Positions 14,525 through 16,461 of a DNA stretch of 16,461 bases are shown here, piece by piece (the stretch's first letter is position 1; each line of letters begins with the position of its first letter). The notes under the pieces were generated by a model. That model was not told the DNA's origin and did not search any database. It saw only the letters and a list, made by a program, of their open reading frames with translations. The position numbers and the translations under genes are program-made. This DNA comes from Candidatus Hermodarchaeota archaeon (GTDB lineage: Archaea > Asgardarchaeota > Hermodarchaeia > Hermodarchaeales > Hermodarchaeaceae), in assembly GCA_016840065.1 (NCBI GenBank), contig JAEOTB010000105.1, positions 1 through 16,461 of the forward strand, read 5' to 3'.

Positions 14525-15748
14525 GTGAATTCGGAGGAACCTTTCGAGTCTGTGAGCATTGATTATTCCGATCTCGATCTTTCAGTAACAGTCCACGCTA
14601 ACGAAATCGAACTTTTCGAAGCTTCGACTGGAAGTTTCATTTACACCCATCCCTTGAAGTCAGATGCCCAGGTTTCAAAGGTTTATGTAATCAGTCCTGA
14701 ATTAGTATTATTCAAAGGGACAGATGGTAGAGTCTACGAAGTCAAAGTATCGCTTCTGGGGCAGCGCTCCACGTTATCTACAAAGGATGAGTACATACTC
14801 GCCCTCCAATACGAGGAGGAGCTAGCGATTGGAGCCCATTTCGGTCTTTATGGCTGGGGCCTGTTCACAGTCAAGGAAAATGAACTCCTTTCTCTCTTCT
14901 TCCAAGAAACAGAGGCGCTGAGAACTGGATTACTGTATGGTCAAGGATCGAAGATTGTTTCAATCCTAGGATATAGAGATGGTCGTATTTGTGCCCTAGA
15001 AGCTGAACCCACAGCTCCTTCTTCTTTTGACTCACAGCAAGCTCAGAGCTGGAACGTGGAGACCGGGCAAAAAATTGTTTCACTTCTCCGAGTAGAAGGG
15101 CAGCTGGTGTCTATCCACCAGTCAGGTGTTGTTCAGCTACGGGATCTGAAAACAGGGGAATTGCTACATTCCAGACAGGTTGCTGAAACACGCCCCAACT
15201 GCGCTACCCTCCACAATGACACACTCTTCTTGGGAATTTGGAATGGAGAAGCAATCGCCCTCGATATGAGGACCTGGGAAGTTCGGTGGACAAAGCCGCT
15301 CAGCCAGACAACGATTATGGGCTGTGCTGTCCTTAATGATGGCGTTTGCTTTGTTGATAATGGTAATGGTATCTACTGGCTTGATGCCCAGACCGGTGAT
15401 AAGAGGAGGGAAATCCAATCTGAAATCGGTGTTGTTTCAAACCCCCTCCAATTCAAGCACACTGTTGTGGTAGGAGGATCAGCTTATCTCCAGGCATTTT
15501 CTGAGGAACGATGTGTAGAGAAGCATTACTGGCAAGACAACCTTCAACGCAGCCTCTGTCCGTACCCAAAGGGCGTATTAGTTGGTAACGACAATGGCAA
15601 CATCTCTCTTTGGACTCATGGAAGCCTGAGGGTCAGGGCTGCTCCAGGATATGAAATTGCACTTCGAAAATACGAGAACCAATTATCCAAACTGATTGAA
15701 ACAGTTCTCAAGATTGCAGAGCAACAAGAGGAGAACGGCGATGAATGA
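14525..15748 (+). CDS. Beta-propeller protein (WD40/PQQ-like repeats)
   Basis: Blade-like motifs GVVQLRDLKTGE, GEAIALDMRTWEVRWT, GIYWLDAQTGD and GNDNGNISLW; no signal peptide; helical charged C-terminus. Confidence 0.8.
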   Translation: MNSEEPFESVSIDYSDLDLSVTVHANEIELFEASTGSFIYTHPLKSDAQVSKVYVISPELVLFKGTDGRVYEVKVSLLGQRSTLSTKDEYILALQYEEELAIGAHFGLYGWGLFTVKENELLSLFFQETEALRTGLLYGQGSKIVSILGYRDGRICALEAEPTAPSSFDSQQAQSWNVETGQKIVSLLRVEGQLVSIHQSGVVQLRDLKTGELLHSRQVAETRPNCATLHNDTLFLGIWNGEAIALDMRTWEVRWTKPLSQTTIMGCAVLNDGVCFVDNGNGIYWLDAQTGDKRREIQSEIGVVSNPLQFKHTVVVGGSAYLQAFSEERCVEKHYWQDNLQRSLCPYPKGVLVGNDNGNISLWTHGSLRVRAAPGYEIALRKYENQLSKLIETVLKIAEQQEENGDE

Positions 15749-15771
15749 GCGTGGATATCTACTGGAGGAGA

Positions 15772-16461
15772 TTAGCTGTCTAGCTCCTTAGCCAGTTCCT
15801 CAAGAAGTTCGCGTTGCCGTTTACTTAGCTTTTTGGGCACCTTCACAATGATTCGGACCAGCAGGTCTCCTCGCCCACGCTTTTGGGAACGCGGCATTCC
15901 CTGGGCCCTGAGCCGGAGAACCGTGTCGGTTTGTGTGCCCTTGGGTACCTTCAGCTTCACTGGCTTATCCAATGTTTGCACCTCAATTTCGGTTCCAAGG
16001 GCGGCTTGGGTTATCGAGATTTGTAACTCGGTGAGTAGATTGTCGCCGTGACGCTCAAAGTTAGGGTCTGCACGGACACGGATTACGACATAGAGGTCTC
16101 CGGGTCTGCTTCCGCCCTGTGAGGCTCCTTGCCCTGAAAGGCGAAGCATCGACCCTGTATCGACGCCGGGTGGAATGGTTATGCGGAGTTGCCGTTCTTT
16201 GTTGACGCTGCGTCGACCACGGCATTCTTTGCAGGCCTTCTCAGCTGTGCGTCCCTGACCTCGGCAGGAGGGGCAATCGGTTATTCGGACAACCTGACCA
16301 AAGGCTGAGCGCTGGATTTGACGTAACTCACCCACCCCTTGACATCTTGAACAGGTGATTATTTTACTACCTGGTTCTGCCCCGCTTCCTTGACAGTGGC
16401 TACATCGCTCAGGGCGTTTGACCTTTATTTCCCGCTCAAAACCAGTGAAGGCTTCTTGGAG
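15772..16461 (-). CDS. dnaJ: Chaperone DnaJ, 5'-partial (zinc-finger and C-terminal domains)
   Basis: The frame is open to the window end (LQEAFTGFEREIKV...). Four zinc-finger repeats: CSHCQGSG, CSRCQGVG, CPSCRGQG, CKECRGRR. Also IPPGVDTG, GDLYV and QAALG. Confidence 0.96.
   Translation of the reverse strand, partial: LQEAFTGFEREIKVKRPERCSHCQGSGAEPGSKIITCSRCQGVGELRQIQRSAFGQVVRITDCPSCRGQGRTAEKACKECRGRRSVNKERQLRITIPPGVDTGSMLRLSGQGASQGGSRPGDLYVVIRVRADPNFERHGDNLLTELQISITQAALGTEIEVQTLDKPVKLKVPKGTQTDTVLRLRAQGMPRSQKRGRGDLLVRIIVKVPKKLSKRQRELLEELAKELDS

Noticed and set aside
12182-16051. Short ORFs overlapping tldD, pmbA, the propeller gene and dnaJ
   Set aside because: Overlap strongly supported genes and lack motifs or ribosome-binding signals.

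Overview
Archaeal-type genomic DNA, plausibly from an Asgard archaeon. This taxonomy is inferred from TATA-like promoters, GGAG/GAGG ribosome-binding motifs, a stand-alone Mut7-C gene, an EF-hand-bearing HtpX, TM-plus-zinc-ribbon surface proteins and dnaJ; it is not proven. The left 2.5 kb looks rearranged: a 5'-partial ORF collides with a truncated DDAH-like amidinohydrolase, followed by a HEAT protein and an orphan membrane-anchor fragment. Next is a minus-strand gene run: zinc-ribbon protein, MBL-fold hydrolase that apparently lacks a canonical start codon, divergent Staygreen homologue, HEAT protein coupled to a Mut7-C PIN RNase, and a membrane protein. On the plus strand, divergent from that run, are htpX and three tandem paralogous single-pass receptor-like proteins. 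Each has a signal peptide, 1/1/3 acidic PPC-type domains, a Thr/Pro stalk, a TM helix and a cytoplasmic C4 zinc ribbon. These are followed by tldD-pmbA, a beta-propeller protein and the 3' part of dnaJ. The best candidate for an undescribed system is the PPC-TM-zinc-ribbon array bracketed by the HtpX and TldD/PmbA proteases. No rRNA, tRNA, CRISPR array or transposase was recognised.
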